DNA of 64,000 nucleotides from Gammaproteobacteria bacterium (GTDB lineage Bacteria; Pseudomonadota; Gammaproteobacteria; Steroidobacterales; Rariloculaceae): NCBI GenBank assembly GCA_036381015.1, contig DASVDR010000001.1, positions 5,325 to 69,324 of the forward strand, read 5' to 3'. Shown piece by piece: positions 18,480 to 27,310 of this stretch (position 1 is its first letter; each line of letters starts with the position of its first letter). The notes under the pieces were generated by a model. It saw only the letters and a program-made list of their open reading frames with translations, ran no database searches and was not told where the DNA came from. The position numbers and the translations under genes were made by a program.

Positions 18480-19778
18480 ATGCACCTACACTCCCGCCGC
18501 AGGTTTGCCGCAGGCCTCGTCACGGCCGGCTTCACGGCACCGTGGCTCGCGAAGCGGTGCCTCGCCCAAGACGAGCTGCCGATTGCGGATGCGCCGCCGG
18601 AGCAAACCGACGCCGCCCTCGAGCGCATCTTCGTCGATAACTCGGAGCCGCCCGAGGGCGAATACGTCGTCAAGGGCCTCTACGACTGGCCGCTTTGGTG
18701 GGAAGAAACGCCGCTGGAGATGGCCGTTTGGCCCGCTGACGCCGAGACGATCGATTATGCCCACCTCCCGTCGCCAAACAGCGACGCCTCGTTCGCCTTG
18801 AACGATGCCGCCCTGCGCAGAATCGTGGCCAGTCACGGCTACTCACGCCTGGCCGCCGCCCCGCCCCTTGTGCTCTTCGGCGTGCGAGGGGCGCGGCGCG
18901 CCGCGGAGCCGACTTCCCCGCCCGATTTCGAGAACGAGGTCGAGATCGTCGAGGTCCCGCCGGATCACTTCGACTACAAGTGCCTGCTCGGCGTATGGAA
19001 TACCGAATCCAGGAAGGTTTGGGTGACGGCCGCGTCCACGGCGCCGCACGTCGCCTACCTCTACGCCCAGCGCGAGGCCAGCACGTTCAGCAACGAGGCG
19101 AACATGATGCCGACCGGGCTCTACCGTTACCGGGTCGGCACGCACCGAAACGGGACGCCGAGCCTGCAGCCCGGCGCCTTCCGCACCGCTGAACGTGCAT
19201 TCGCCGTGCTTCGCTGTGTCCAATACGGCCCGCTCACGATGAGCCGCGGACAGTACTGGGATACGGCGCCGACGAACCACGGCAACAATATTCACGCGGG
19301 CACGTACGGCACGCGTGCCGATCGTCCGCGCTTTTGGTCCGCCGGCTGCCAGGTGCTTCCAGGCTACTACTCCGACGAGAACGGGGTGCCCTCCGAGGAG
19401 AACGCGTTCCCGCAAGGCGACTGGGCGCGCTTCAGGATCGCGGCCGGCCTCGCCCGCGCCCCGCGCATCACGCGGCATGAAGAGCTGGCGCCGGGGCGCT
19501 TCAACGTCGAGACGAGCGAGGACGGCCGCAGGTACGAATACCTGCTCACGACCGGCCGCGATGTCCGCCTCGCCGGCGAAGGCCGCGATGCGCGGACACT
19601 GCGCTTCGGGTCGTCGGGACCGAAGGTGAAGGCGCTGCAGGCCGCGCTCGGCCTCCCGCCCGGCCAGCGGGACGGCATCTTCGGGCCGGGCGTGCAGAAG
19701 CTCGTCCTCGCGAAAGGGGATACTCACACGCCCATCGTCGACGCGCGGCTCGCGTCCGTGCTCGGCTTCGATCTATAG
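18480..19778 (+). CDS. Tat-signal protein with a C-terminal peptidoglycan-binding (PG_binding_1-like) domain; putative cell-wall-active enzyme
   Basis: Twin-arginine N-terminus MHLHSRRRFAAGLVTAG. C-terminus FGSSGPKVKALQAALGLPPGQRDGIFGPGVQKLV resembles PG_binding_1. The central NNIHAGTYG...FWSAGCQVLPG has a His...Cys arrangement resembling YkuD-type active sites; this is inference only. Confidence 0.65.
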   Translation: MHLHSRRRFAAGLVTAGFTAPWLAKRCLAQDELPIADAPPEQTDAALERIFVDNSEPPEGEYVVKGLYDWPLWWEETPLEMAVWPADAETIDYAHLPSPNSDASFALNDAALRRIVASHGYSRLAAAPPLVLFGVRGARRAAEPTSPPDFENEVEIVEVPPDHFDYKCLLGVWNTESRKVWVTAASTAPHVAYLYAQREASTFSNEANMMPTGLYRYRVGTHRNGTPSLQPGAFRTAERAFAVLRCVQYGPLTMSRGQYWDTAPTNHGNNIHAGTYGTRADRPRFWSAGCQVLPGYYSDENGVPSEENAFPQGDWARFRIAAGLARAPRITRHEELAPGRFNVETSEDGRRYEYLLTTGRDVRLAGEGRDARTLRFGSSGPKVKALQAALGLPPGQRDGIFGPGVQKLVLAKGDTHTPIVDARLASVLGFDL

Positions 19779-19805
19779 CCCATCGCCTCAACGGAGGATC
19801 CGGCG

Positions 19806-21797
19806 ATGAAGAAGGCAGCCATCGTCCTTGTCGGTGCTCTCTCCGCCCTGGGGCTCGCGGCGGTCGCGCTCGACGCGCTGGGGCAGCCGATCGCGCGGGA
19901 TCCGCGCATCCCGGGCTCGATCCATGCAATGGCCGAGCGCTTCGAGGGCTTCGCGGGGCTCGAGCTCGTCAAGGAGCCGAGCGAGCTCGGAGGACCGAAT
20001 TTCGTCGCGCGCGTGGTCTTCCGGCCGCTGCGCGCGGGCTACAAGGCGTGTCCCGACCACTATCCTGCGCGCTTCGTCGAGGACGCCGCCTCGTGCCCGA
20101 GCCTGCGCGACGGCGACCCGCCCGCGCCCGGCTGGACGGCTTGCTACGGCGCCTTCTACGCGCCCGCCGAGATCGGCTGCCCGCCGCAGCCGCCGCAGCC
20201 ACTCGCCCCTGCGACGACGCCGCCTCCGCGATGCCCATTCGGCCCCGAGGCTTGCAGCCAGGAAGCGCCCGGCGGGCCGGTGCTGTTCAGGGCGCTGCGC
20301 GCGGCGACGCCCGCGACGGCGGCGGCGTCTGCCGCGGTCGCGACGACGCCGGCAACGGCCGGGGCGCCCACCGCAGTCGCAACATCGCCGGCAACGGCCG
20401 GCGCGCCCGCCCCGGTCACAACGTCGCCGGCAACGCCGCGTGCGGCGGCCGGGGCGGCGCCGCCGCCCGTCGCTGCGGAGCGTCCCGAGCGCCTCGCGGC
20501 ACGCCGGTTGCGCGAGCGCGCGCGTGCGGCGCCTGCGCGAGAGGCGCTCGAGGCGGCCGCCGTCCCGCCCGCGGAGCGAGCGGACACGCCCGCTGCGCGC
20601 GCGGAGCTCTTGCGTCCGGCCCTTCCGGCGCAGATCGTCGACCTCGCGAGATTGCAGCTTCGCAGACCGCCGGCGGCCGACGTGAGGCCGGCGTGCCGCG
20701 GCCGCGACTGTCAGTGGGGCGGCGACGGCAACCGCATTGCCCTGCCGACTCCGCCCGTCGTGCCGTACAAGCACGTGCCCTGCGAGTACCAATACGTCTC
20801 GTTCTTCGTGCCCGAAAACCGGTATTGCCCGAGAGAAGATCTCGGCGAGCGGCCTGCTCCCGGCGCCGCGCTTTACATCTCCTGGCAGGCCGCTGACGGT
20901 GCGTCGCCGGAGCTCTATTACCATCGCGGCGATTTCGACGGCATCGTCCGAACGATCAGGCAGATCCTCGGGAGCTCGGACGATCGCTACGCCATGAGCG
21001 AAGCGACGCCGCTCGAGAAGGCGGCCGCACGGTCGACGGCCGTGCTCATCGACAAGGACTACGTCATGGACGAGGGCGACGGCACCGTCTCGCTCCGAGA
21101 CGACCCGTCGTGGCCGCCGCTCTGCAGCACGGAGCGCTTCGCCGGGCTTCCGCGGCCGGGCCGCTGCTCCGGGGTCAAGATCGGCGATCGGCTCGTCGCG
21201 ACCTCGGCGCACTGCGTCAGGAACGCCCGGCAGTGCGCCGACACCTCGGTCGTTTTCGGCTACTACGGCGACGGCGATGCGCCGAACGTCGTGAGGAGCG
21301 ACGACGTGTATCAGTGCGCGTCGATCGTCGCTTCGCGCCGGCCGGCCACGATCGGCGAGCGCGGCGCGGACTGGACCGTTTTCGAGGTCGACCGCGACAT
21401 CGACGCACCGAGCGCGACGCTCGCCGACTCGACGAACGTGCATCCGAGCGTCGTCACGACGGTCATCGGCTATCCGCTTGGCCTCGCGGCCATAGTGACG
21501 CGGCTCGGCGTCGTGCAAACCGCCACCACGGAATACTTCATTTCGAACAGCGACACGTTCATCGGCAATTCGGGCTCCGCGGTGTTCGCGGCGCAATCGA
21601 TCGAGGACTCCGCACCGCGCGTGCTGGGCCTCCTGACCGGCGGCCGCTACGATTTCGTCGACAGCCGGGAAGGCGGCGCCGAGTGCGTGCAGGCGAAGTG
21701 GTGCAGGGACGCGGATTGTCTCGGCGACGATGTCGTCTATACCGACGACTTGATTCGCGCGCTCTCGAGCTATACGCCCGCGGCGCTTCCACGCTGA
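19806..21797 (+). CDS. secreted trypsin-like (S1 family) serine protease with a Pro/Ala/Thr-rich repeat linker
   Basis: SD GGAGGA and signal peptide MKKAAIVLVGALSALGLAAVA. The catalytic-triad context is TSAHCV (His), GADWTVFEV (Asp) and GNSGSAVF (Ser). Confidence 0.85.
   Translation: MKKAAIVLVGALSALGLAAVALDALGQPIARDPRIPGSIHAMAERFEGFAGLELVKEPSELGGPNFVARVVFRPLRAGYKACPDHYPARFVEDAASCPSLRDGDPPAPGWTACYGAFYAPAEIGCPPQPPQPLAPATTPPPRCPFGPEACSQEAPGGPVLFRALRAATPATAAASAAVATTPATAGAPTAVATSPATAGAPAPVTTSPATPRAAAGAAPPPVAAERPERLAARRLRERARAAPAREALEAAAVPPAERADTPAARAELLRPALPAQIVDLARLQLRRPPAADVRPACRGRDCQWGGDGNRIALPTPPVVPYKHVPCEYQYVSFFVPENRYCPREDLGERPAPGAALYISWQAADGASPELYYHRGDFDGIVRTIRQILGSSDDRYAMSEATPLEKAAARSTAVLIDKDYVMDEGDGTVSLRDDPSWPPLCSTERFAGLPRPGRCSGVKIGDRLVATSAHCVRNARQCADTSVVFGYYGDGDAPNVVRSDDVYQCASIVASRRPATIGERGADWTVFEVDRDIDAPSATLADSTNVHPSVVTTVIGYPLGLAAIVTRLGVVQTATTEYFISNSDTFIGNSGSAVFAAQSIEDSAPRVLGLLTGGRYDFVDSREGGAECVQAKWCRDADCLGDDVVYTDDLIRALSSYTPAALPR
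20337..20453. repeat. 3 x 39-bp imperfect tandem repeat inside the protease gene
   Basis: Units at 20337..20375, 20376..20414 and 20415..20453 encode VATTPATAGAPTA / VATSPATAGAPAP / VTTSPATPRAAAG. Confidence 0.8.
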
Positions 21798-21827
21798 TAC
21801 GCGAGAGCGGCCCGCGGAATTCCGAAC

Positions 21828-22517
21828 GTGCGAATACCCTTTTTCGTCCTCGCCGTGCTCAGCATCGTGCTCGTCGTCGCGGTCGAGCTCGCGACGCTCG
21901 CGCTGCTGCGGAACGCCGCGGGCATGCCCGAAAGTCTACCCGGGCTCGGCGGACCCTATCTCGCGCTCCTCGACGGCATTCTCCTCTATTTCGTCGTCGT
22001 CACGAGCCTCGGGTATTTCCGCTTCAAGGCGCAGGTCGCCAAAGCCGCCGCGGTCGCGGGTCTGATCCTCTCGCTCGTCGGCGTCGTCGTGTCTTTCCTG
22101 CTGATCGTCGCCGCGTTTCTCGCGATCATGCTCATGCTCGGATTGCTGTTCGCGGCGCCCTTCGGCACGCTGGCCTACCTCGACCTCTTTGCGAATTTTC
22201 CGAAGCAGAGGGCGATCGAGGCGCTCTCCTTCATCATGCTGCTCAAGGTGTTCTTTCTGTTCATGCTCGCGCTGACCGACCTCGGATACTTGAAAAACAA
22301 GCTACTCGTGATCCTGATCGGCCTTTCGATGCTCGCGACGTGGCTCACCAGCATGCTCATCGCGTGGCCGCCCGGATTTCTGTCGAGCATCACGGACGCG
22401 GTCGGCGCGCTCGTCACGGCCGTCATCGCCTTCGTTTGGCTCATCGTGACGCTGGTCGCATCGATCTTGGGTATCGCCAGGTTGTTCGACTTACAGCTTT
22501 CCAGAAGGGAGGTTTAG
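21828..22517 (+). CDS. hypothetical polytopic membrane protein
   Basis: GTG start, 229 aa, six or more hydrophobic helices. It starts 31 nt after the protease gene. No family recognised. Confidence 0.65.
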   Translation: MRIPFFVLAVLSIVLVVAVELATLALLRNAAGMPESLPGLGGPYLALLDGILLYFVVVTSLGYFRFKAQVAKAAAVAGLILSLVGVVVSFLLIVAAFLAIMLMLGLLFAAPFGTLAYLDLFANFPKQRAIEALSFIMLLKVFFLFMLALTDLGYLKNKLLVILIGLSMLATWLTSMLIAWPPGFLSSITDAVGALVTAVIAFVWLIVTLVASILGIARLFDLQLSRREV

Positions 22518-22524
22518 CTTCAGG

Positions 22525-23073
22525 TCAGCGCTGCCGAACCGTGCCGCCCGCGGCACCTAGGCCTTGGAGCTCGAGGGTGCCGGTCTCGCCGTAGACGACG
22601 ATCTCGCCGAGGTGGCCGTCGGCCGGGCACACGGCCGGCAGCGAGGGGCACGCCGCCCGGGCCAGCGCATCGACGGGCTTATCGGGCTGGCACAGGCAGA
22701 TCCTTTGCGGGCATTCGAAGCCGGGCTTGTCGATGCTGCAAGCGTATGCGATCGACGCCCCGGTGCCGGCAACGAGCTCGAATTTCGCTACGCGCCGTCC
22801 TTCGGTGCCTTCGCCGCCGTGCGTGAAAGCCACGGGAGAGGCGGCGTCGGACGCAAAGAATTGCTCGTCCCAAGGTAATTTCAGCCTCGGCCTGAATCGG
22901 TCGAGGAAGGCCTCGGCCTTCGCGGCGAGCGGAAATTCGTTCTCCGCATGCCACTCGCCGTCCTCGATCTGATCTCTTTCGGGGTGATCGACGTCGCCGG
23001 TGCCGAAGCTCAATCCGAGCGCCCCGATCTGCAGGAGCAGCACGACGGCGCAGACGACGACGAGCACCTTCAT
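22525..23073 (-). CDS. Sec-signal, Cys-rich hypothetical protein; last gene on the CIS operon strand
   Basis: 182 aa with signal peptide MKVLVVVCAVVLLLQIGALGLSFG and eight Cys in the C-terminal half (YACSIDKPGFECPQRICLCQPDKP...AACPSLPAVCP). It starts 15 nt after the stop of the PASTA gene. Confidence 0.6.
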   Translation of the reverse strand: MKVLVVVCAVVLLLQIGALGLSFGTGDVDHPERDQIEDGEWHAENEFPLAAKAEAFLDRFRPRLKLPWDEQFFASDAASPVAFTHGGEGTEGRRVAKFELVAGTGASIAYACSIDKPGFECPQRICLCQPDKPVDALARAACPSLPAVCPADGHLGEIVVYGETGTLELQGLGAAGGTVRQR

Positions 23074-23088
23074 CGGAGCTCGGCGCGG

Positions 23089-24147
23089 CTACTGCTGGGG
23101 TCTGCGGAGCTGGAGCATTGGAGTCACCTTGTTTTTGCCGACCTCGAACTGCTGCTGCAGGATCACCACGTCCCCCAGCCGAAGGCCCTGTTTCCATTTC
23201 ATCGTGAAGGTAATCCCCGTCCCGGCGTCCTGCTGACCCGTGGGGCTGACGGACGCCACGGCCGGGTAGTGAAGGTTGGACGGCGGATTGCCCGCCGGCC
23301 CGATGGCGCCGACGTACCTCAAGCCGGCCTTCTCGATCTCGCTGACGGCGGGGCCGAACGCCAAGTCGACGACGTCCGGAACGGTCACCTTTTTCGGCTT
23401 CCACTCCCATCCGAGCTGCACCTTGTCGGGCCTCTCGATCGGCGTGGTGCCGTCCGATTCGGGCGTCTGCTCGGTGACGATCTGATCGTAAAACTGCTGC
23501 CGATCGAATTCGGGTCCGCCGACGGAAAGCGCGATCTCCTCGACGCTGTAGCCCTGGCTCGTGAGCGTGCTCCTGGCCTCGGCGAGCAAGCTGCCCTCGA
23601 AATTGGGGAGGGTCACGCGCTCGTCGGGCCACAACGCCCAGAGCGCGCCACCGACGACGAGCAGCAGGGCGATCGGCGCCGCGATCATCCACCACTTGAT
23701 CTTGGGGTCGGGTTTCGGCTCGAGCGCCGGCGCGCGGAACGCGATCGGCGATCCGGTTTCGAAATCATTGTCGGGGTCGCGAAGATTCACGGCGACCGCG
23801 GCGAACCGATACCCCGCAGGGCTGACGGCCTCGCTCGTACCGGAGCCACCGTCGCCGGAGCCCGGGCTGCCGCCCTCGCCCGGCGCGGGGACGCCGGGCA
23901 CGCTGAGGTCGACGGAAAAGCTTTCCGTCGCGCCGGGAGCGATGTCGCGCTCGTCGCCGCCGCGAACCGTGAACCAGGCCTGCTGGGCGCCTTCGCTGGG
24001 CTTGATGCGCAGACCCGTGCGAATCGTGGCGCCCGTCTTGTTCGTGACGCCGTAGGTCACCGTGCCTTTGGCCGTTTCGCCGGGCTTGACCGACGAAGGG
24101 CGCAGGGTTACCGAAGCTTCCGGGGTCGTGATCGTAAAGCTCGACAT
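23089..24147 (-). CDS. single-pass membrane protein with two C-terminal PASTA-like domains, in the tail-fibre slot of the CIS operon
   Basis: The track ORF runs to 24537. I start at ATG 24147 (MSSFTITTPEAS, SD GAAGAGGG). TM helix is WWMIAAPIALLLVVGGALWALW, preceded by EPKPDPKIK. PASTA-like repeats begin at VTLPNFEGSLLAEARSTLTSQGYSV and VTVPDVVDLAFGPAVSEIEKAGLRYV. Confidence 0.7.
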   Translation of the reverse strand: MSSFTITTPEASVTLRPSSVKPGETAKGTVTYGVTNKTGATIRTGLRIKPSEGAQQAWFTVRGGDERDIAPGATESFSVDLSVPGVPAPGEGGSPGSGDGGSGTSEAVSPAGYRFAAVAVNLRDPDNDFETGSPIAFRAPALEPKPDPKIKWWMIAAPIALLLVVGGALWALWPDERVTLPNFEGSLLAEARSTLTSQGYSVEEIALSVGGPEFDRQQFYDQIVTEQTPESDGTTPIERPDKVQLGWEWKPKKVTVPDVVDLAFGPAVSEIEKAGLRYVGAIGPAGNPPSNLHYPAVASVSPTGQQDAGTGITFTMKWKQGLRLGDVVILQQQFEVGKNKVTPMLQLRRPQQ

Positions 24148-24176
24148 GTCGTTGCCCTCTTCAAGTTGTCGGCGCG

Positions 24177-24728
24177 TCAAGTCGTCGGCGCGTCGGCGGG
24201 ATCTGCCGCGGTCTCCGCATCCGCGGCGGCAAAGCTGAGCTCGCACACCGCAAAGGCCGGCTTCTCCGCCGCCACGATACGGCTGATCAAACCGCTGAAC
24301 GCACGAGCTTCCTTCGGAGCATGCACCTTGAAATGGAAGATGCTGCCCGAATCGGTCTCGATCGTGAAGCCGTTGCAGCCCGTGGCCGTTTCGAGCAGCC
24401 GGACCAGCGTCCGCTCCGTGCCGCGCTCGCGCGCGTTCTTCGCCGCGGTCGCAATCAACTCGCGGAGCCGCCCGACGCCGGCCGCGAAGCGCGGCGCGTG
24501 GGACGGGCCGTCGAGGAGATAGTCGAGGTCCATCCAATGGGCGAGCAGGTAGACGAAAGCGGGCGCCGCGAGCCGCGGGTCGAGCTGATCGGCGAAGCCG
24601 TCGATCGCGGATTCGCAGGGCGCGTGCAGCCTCTCCTGTGCGGCGAGAAAGCCGTCGAGCGGGCCGGACGCGCCGACCGTCGCCTGGAAGATCTCGGGCA
24701 GGAGACGCGCGATCTTTTCCGCTTTCAT
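24177..24728 (-). CDS. phage tail protein I (P2 gpI / Afp12-like baseplate protein)
   Basis: 183 aa. The N-terminus MKAEKIARLLPEIFQ... and LAHWMDLDYLLD are typical of Tail_P2_I-family proteins in eCIS loci. It sits directly after baseplate J. Confidence 0.7.
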   Translation of the reverse strand: MKAEKIARLLPEIFQATVGASGPLDGFLAAQERLHAPCESAIDGFADQLDPRLAAPAFVYLLAHWMDLDYLLDGPSHAPRFAAGVGRLRELIATAAKNARERGTERTLVRLLETATGCNGFTIETDSGSIFHFKVHAPKEARAFSGLISRIVAAEKPAFAVCELSFAAADAETAADPADAPTT

Positions 24729-24757
24729 CGCTGGCTACACTTTCATCCAGGCGCTCG

Positions 24758-27310
24758 CTACAGCGTGTCCTCGGAGACGATCTCGATCTCGTGCGCTGCG
24801 GACGCGAACAGCCACCCTTCCGATAACGCGACGTAATCGTCGAACGTCGTCCGCGCGGCGTTCTGAAATGTCACGGCCCCGTCGCGGCTGCGGAAAACGC
24901 CGACCGGGCCGCCGACCATGACGATCGGCGGGCTACCGGCTTCGGCGCGCACGGCGATGCCGTGGACTTCGTGCCAGAGGCGCTGCTCGTCGCGGATCGG
25001 AAGCCCGTTGTCGATCTGCCCCGCGATCCAGCCCTGCTCGAGGTGCGGCAACGCCGTGCGCAAGACGCCGGAGCGGTTCGAGCCCGCGAAGACCTGCTCG
25101 CCGGCGAAAGCGATCGCTTCGCAGCTTCCGCCTTTCCAGCCTTGCGAAACCTCGACCCAGCCCGCGGGATCGTCCTCGAAGCCGCGCAGCTCGAGCCGCG
25201 CGCAGCCCTGTCCCACGGCGCCGGCCTCCGCCGCGAACCCCGCCCAGAGGAACGCGCGCCCGCCATGCCATTGCGTTTCGAGCACGCGGACGTCGGAGCT
25301 CTGGAGTCCCGACAGGCGAAACTTGTGCGACTGCGCGCCCGACGTCGAGATCCATACGCCCTTACGCTGACCCGCGGCCACGGCGATGGCCGCGGCGCCG
25401 TTGATCGGCGGCGCCGTCGCGACGGCCCAGAAGCCGTACTGGTCGTCGTCCTCGATGACGACGATCCGCCTCGGCGCGTCCTTGCCGAGCGCGGCGTAGA
25501 CGAACAAGCCCTTCGGCGTCGCGAGATAGAGCTCCGTCTCGGTGTCCGCGGCGGCGGACCAGGCCGCGTCGTTGACGCCGAACGTCAGGGCCGCCGCGTC
25601 GCGGCGCCACGTCTCCCCGCAGTCCTTCGACAGATGGATCGCGCTCTCGCCGGTCGGCTTCACGCTGATCGCCGCGAGCCATCCCGGTCGCGACGGGTGC
25701 GGCTCGCACAGCACGGGCTTCTCGCCGTCGCCGAAGCGCAGCGTCTCGCACCAGCTGTCGCCGTCGTCCATCGATCGGTAGATCGCGTCGCCGCTCACGG
25801 CATGCCAGGTTCTCGGCTGGAAGAAATCGGCCCGGATCCGGGCACATGCGTGTCGCGGCGTGTCCTCGACGAGGAAGCGCAGCTTCTCCACGTAGCGAAT
25901 GCCGGGCTCGCGCGCCACGATCTCGTGGATGTCGGACGCGCGCAGCGGCTGCCCGAACTCTCGTTGCGCGAACGGTGAGATCAGCGCGTAAATGCGCTCC
26001 TCGAGCCGCCTCTCGACCGCCTCGGGACTCTCCTCGCGGAAGCAGACGGCCTTGAGCTGCACCGCGATCGCGCGCGTTCGACTCCAGCCGACGAGCGCCT
26101 TCACGCCGAGCGGCGTGCGAGCCGCGACGACGCGCTGGACGCGCTCGAGCAGCTCGGGCGAGCGGTGCGCCTCGAGCGTCGCGGCGAGCGAGCGCTGCGC
26201 CGGCGGCATGTTCTCGTCGACGTGCGGGACGAGCTGGATCTCCACGGTGCCCGGCTCTCCGTGACGCCAGACCTGCGAGCGAGCGAAGGCGCGGGCGCGC
26301 GCGGCGACGCGCGTCGCGAGAGCCGCGCGCTCGAAATCCCGGGCCGTGACCGCGGTGTCCATCGCGCGCAGCGCGTGCGGCCCGCGGGCCAGCGCCGACT
26401 GCAGCGACTCGGCGTCGCGTCCGCCGAGGGCGCGGTCCGGGTTGTCGACCGTGACGCCGAAGTCGCCGCCGTCGAAGCCGGTCAACTGGTGTGCGGCAAC
26501 GTTGCCGGCCGCGCCGCCGCCGCAGCGGTACCAGGCGCGGATCTCCATCCCGCGCGGCGGCACACGCGCGAGCGCCGCGCGGCCCGTGTGATCCCCGGGC
26601 TCGCCGCCGTTCTGGACGGCCGGCGCGAACAGCACGCGTCCTTCGTAGCGGTCGCAAACGTACGTCTCGGAGCTCGGATCGGGTTGCGAGAACGCCTCGA
26701 CGGCTTGCCACACTCGAAACGCCTTGCCGCCGAACTCTCGGGAGCGCGCCTTCTCGCCGAGGTCGCCGCGCTCCTCGACGCCGATGACGAGGTCGAGGCC
26801 GTCGCCCGTGTCGGCGATGACGGGCGCATGCGCGAGCGTGAACACTTGGCCCGGCGCGCCGTTGCTGACCCCGAGCAGCTCGCCCTCGACGAGCCGGCAG
26901 TGCAGTGCGCGCGCCTCGGCCGACTCCTCATGCTCCGCGATTCTCACGCCCTTGGCGAGCACGAACGTGAGGTCGGCCCCGCCGGCCTTGATGCGCGTGC
27001 CGCCGGGAATCTCGATCGGGCCCTTGACGTCTTTCTTGCGCGTGAAGCGGACCGTGGCGACGGCCGCCGACGGGGGCGCGATCGTGGTGCCGATGAGATT
27101 CAGGAACGCAACATACGCCTTCTCGGGCATGCGGTTGACGCGATAGATCAAGAGATCCGTCAGGAACGCCGAGGCCTCGAGCAGCGCGATCATCGGGTCG
27201 GCCGGCGAGCGGTCGGTCCATTGCGGACAGGCGCGGTGCGCCGCATCGACGGCGGCCGCGACCAGCTCCTCGAAAGAGCGGTCGTCGAGGTTAGGCGTCG
27301 GAAACGGCAT
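24758..27310 (-). CDS. baseplate J-like protein (gp47/gpJ/Afp11-like) with a ~350-aa C-terminal Asp-box/propeller-like extension
   Basis: Start at ATG 27310 (MPFPTPNLDDRSFEELV, a typical baseplate-J N-terminus). It overlaps the gp25 gene by 20 nt. The C-terminus carries the Asp-box-like motifs SMDDGDSW, SKDCGETW and SRDGAVTF. Confidence 0.8.
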   Translation of the reverse strand: MPFPTPNLDDRSFEELVAAAVDAAHRACPQWTDRSPADPMIALLEASAFLTDLLIYRVNRMPEKAYVAFLNLIGTTIAPPSAAVATVRFTRKKDVKGPIEIPGGTRIKAGGADLTFVLAKGVRIAEHEESAEARALHCRLVEGELLGVSNGAPGQVFTLAHAPVIADTGDGLDLVIGVEERGDLGEKARSREFGGKAFRVWQAVEAFSQPDPSSETYVCDRYEGRVLFAPAVQNGGEPGDHTGRAALARVPPRGMEIRAWYRCGGGAAGNVAAHQLTGFDGGDFGVTVDNPDRALGGRDAESLQSALARGPHALRAMDTAVTARDFERAALATRVAARARAFARSQVWRHGEPGTVEIQLVPHVDENMPPAQRSLAATLEAHRSPELLERVQRVVAARTPLGVKALVGWSRTRAIAVQLKAVCFREESPEAVERRLEERIYALISPFAQREFGQPLRASDIHEIVAREPGIRYVEKLRFLVEDTPRHACARIRADFFQPRTWHAVSGDAIYRSMDDGDSWCETLRFGDGEKPVLCEPHPSRPGWLAAISVKPTGESAIHLSKDCGETWRRDAAALTFGVNDAAWSAAADTETELYLATPKGLFVYAALGKDAPRRIVVIEDDDQYGFWAVATAPPINGAAAIAVAAGQRKGVWISTSGAQSHKFRLSGLQSSDVRVLETQWHGGRAFLWAGFAAEAGAVGQGCARLELRGFEDDPAGWVEVSQGWKGGSCEAIAFAGEQVFAGSNRSGVLRTALPHLEQGWIAGQIDNGLPIRDEQRLWHEVHGIAVRAEAGSPPIVMVGGPVGVFRSRDGAVTFQNAARTTFDDYVALSEGWLFASAAHEIEIVSEDTL

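Noticed and set aside
19788-21596. 602-aa minus-strand ORF.
   Set aside because: It is antisense to the S1 protease gene, which has catalytic-triad motifs and a signal peptide.
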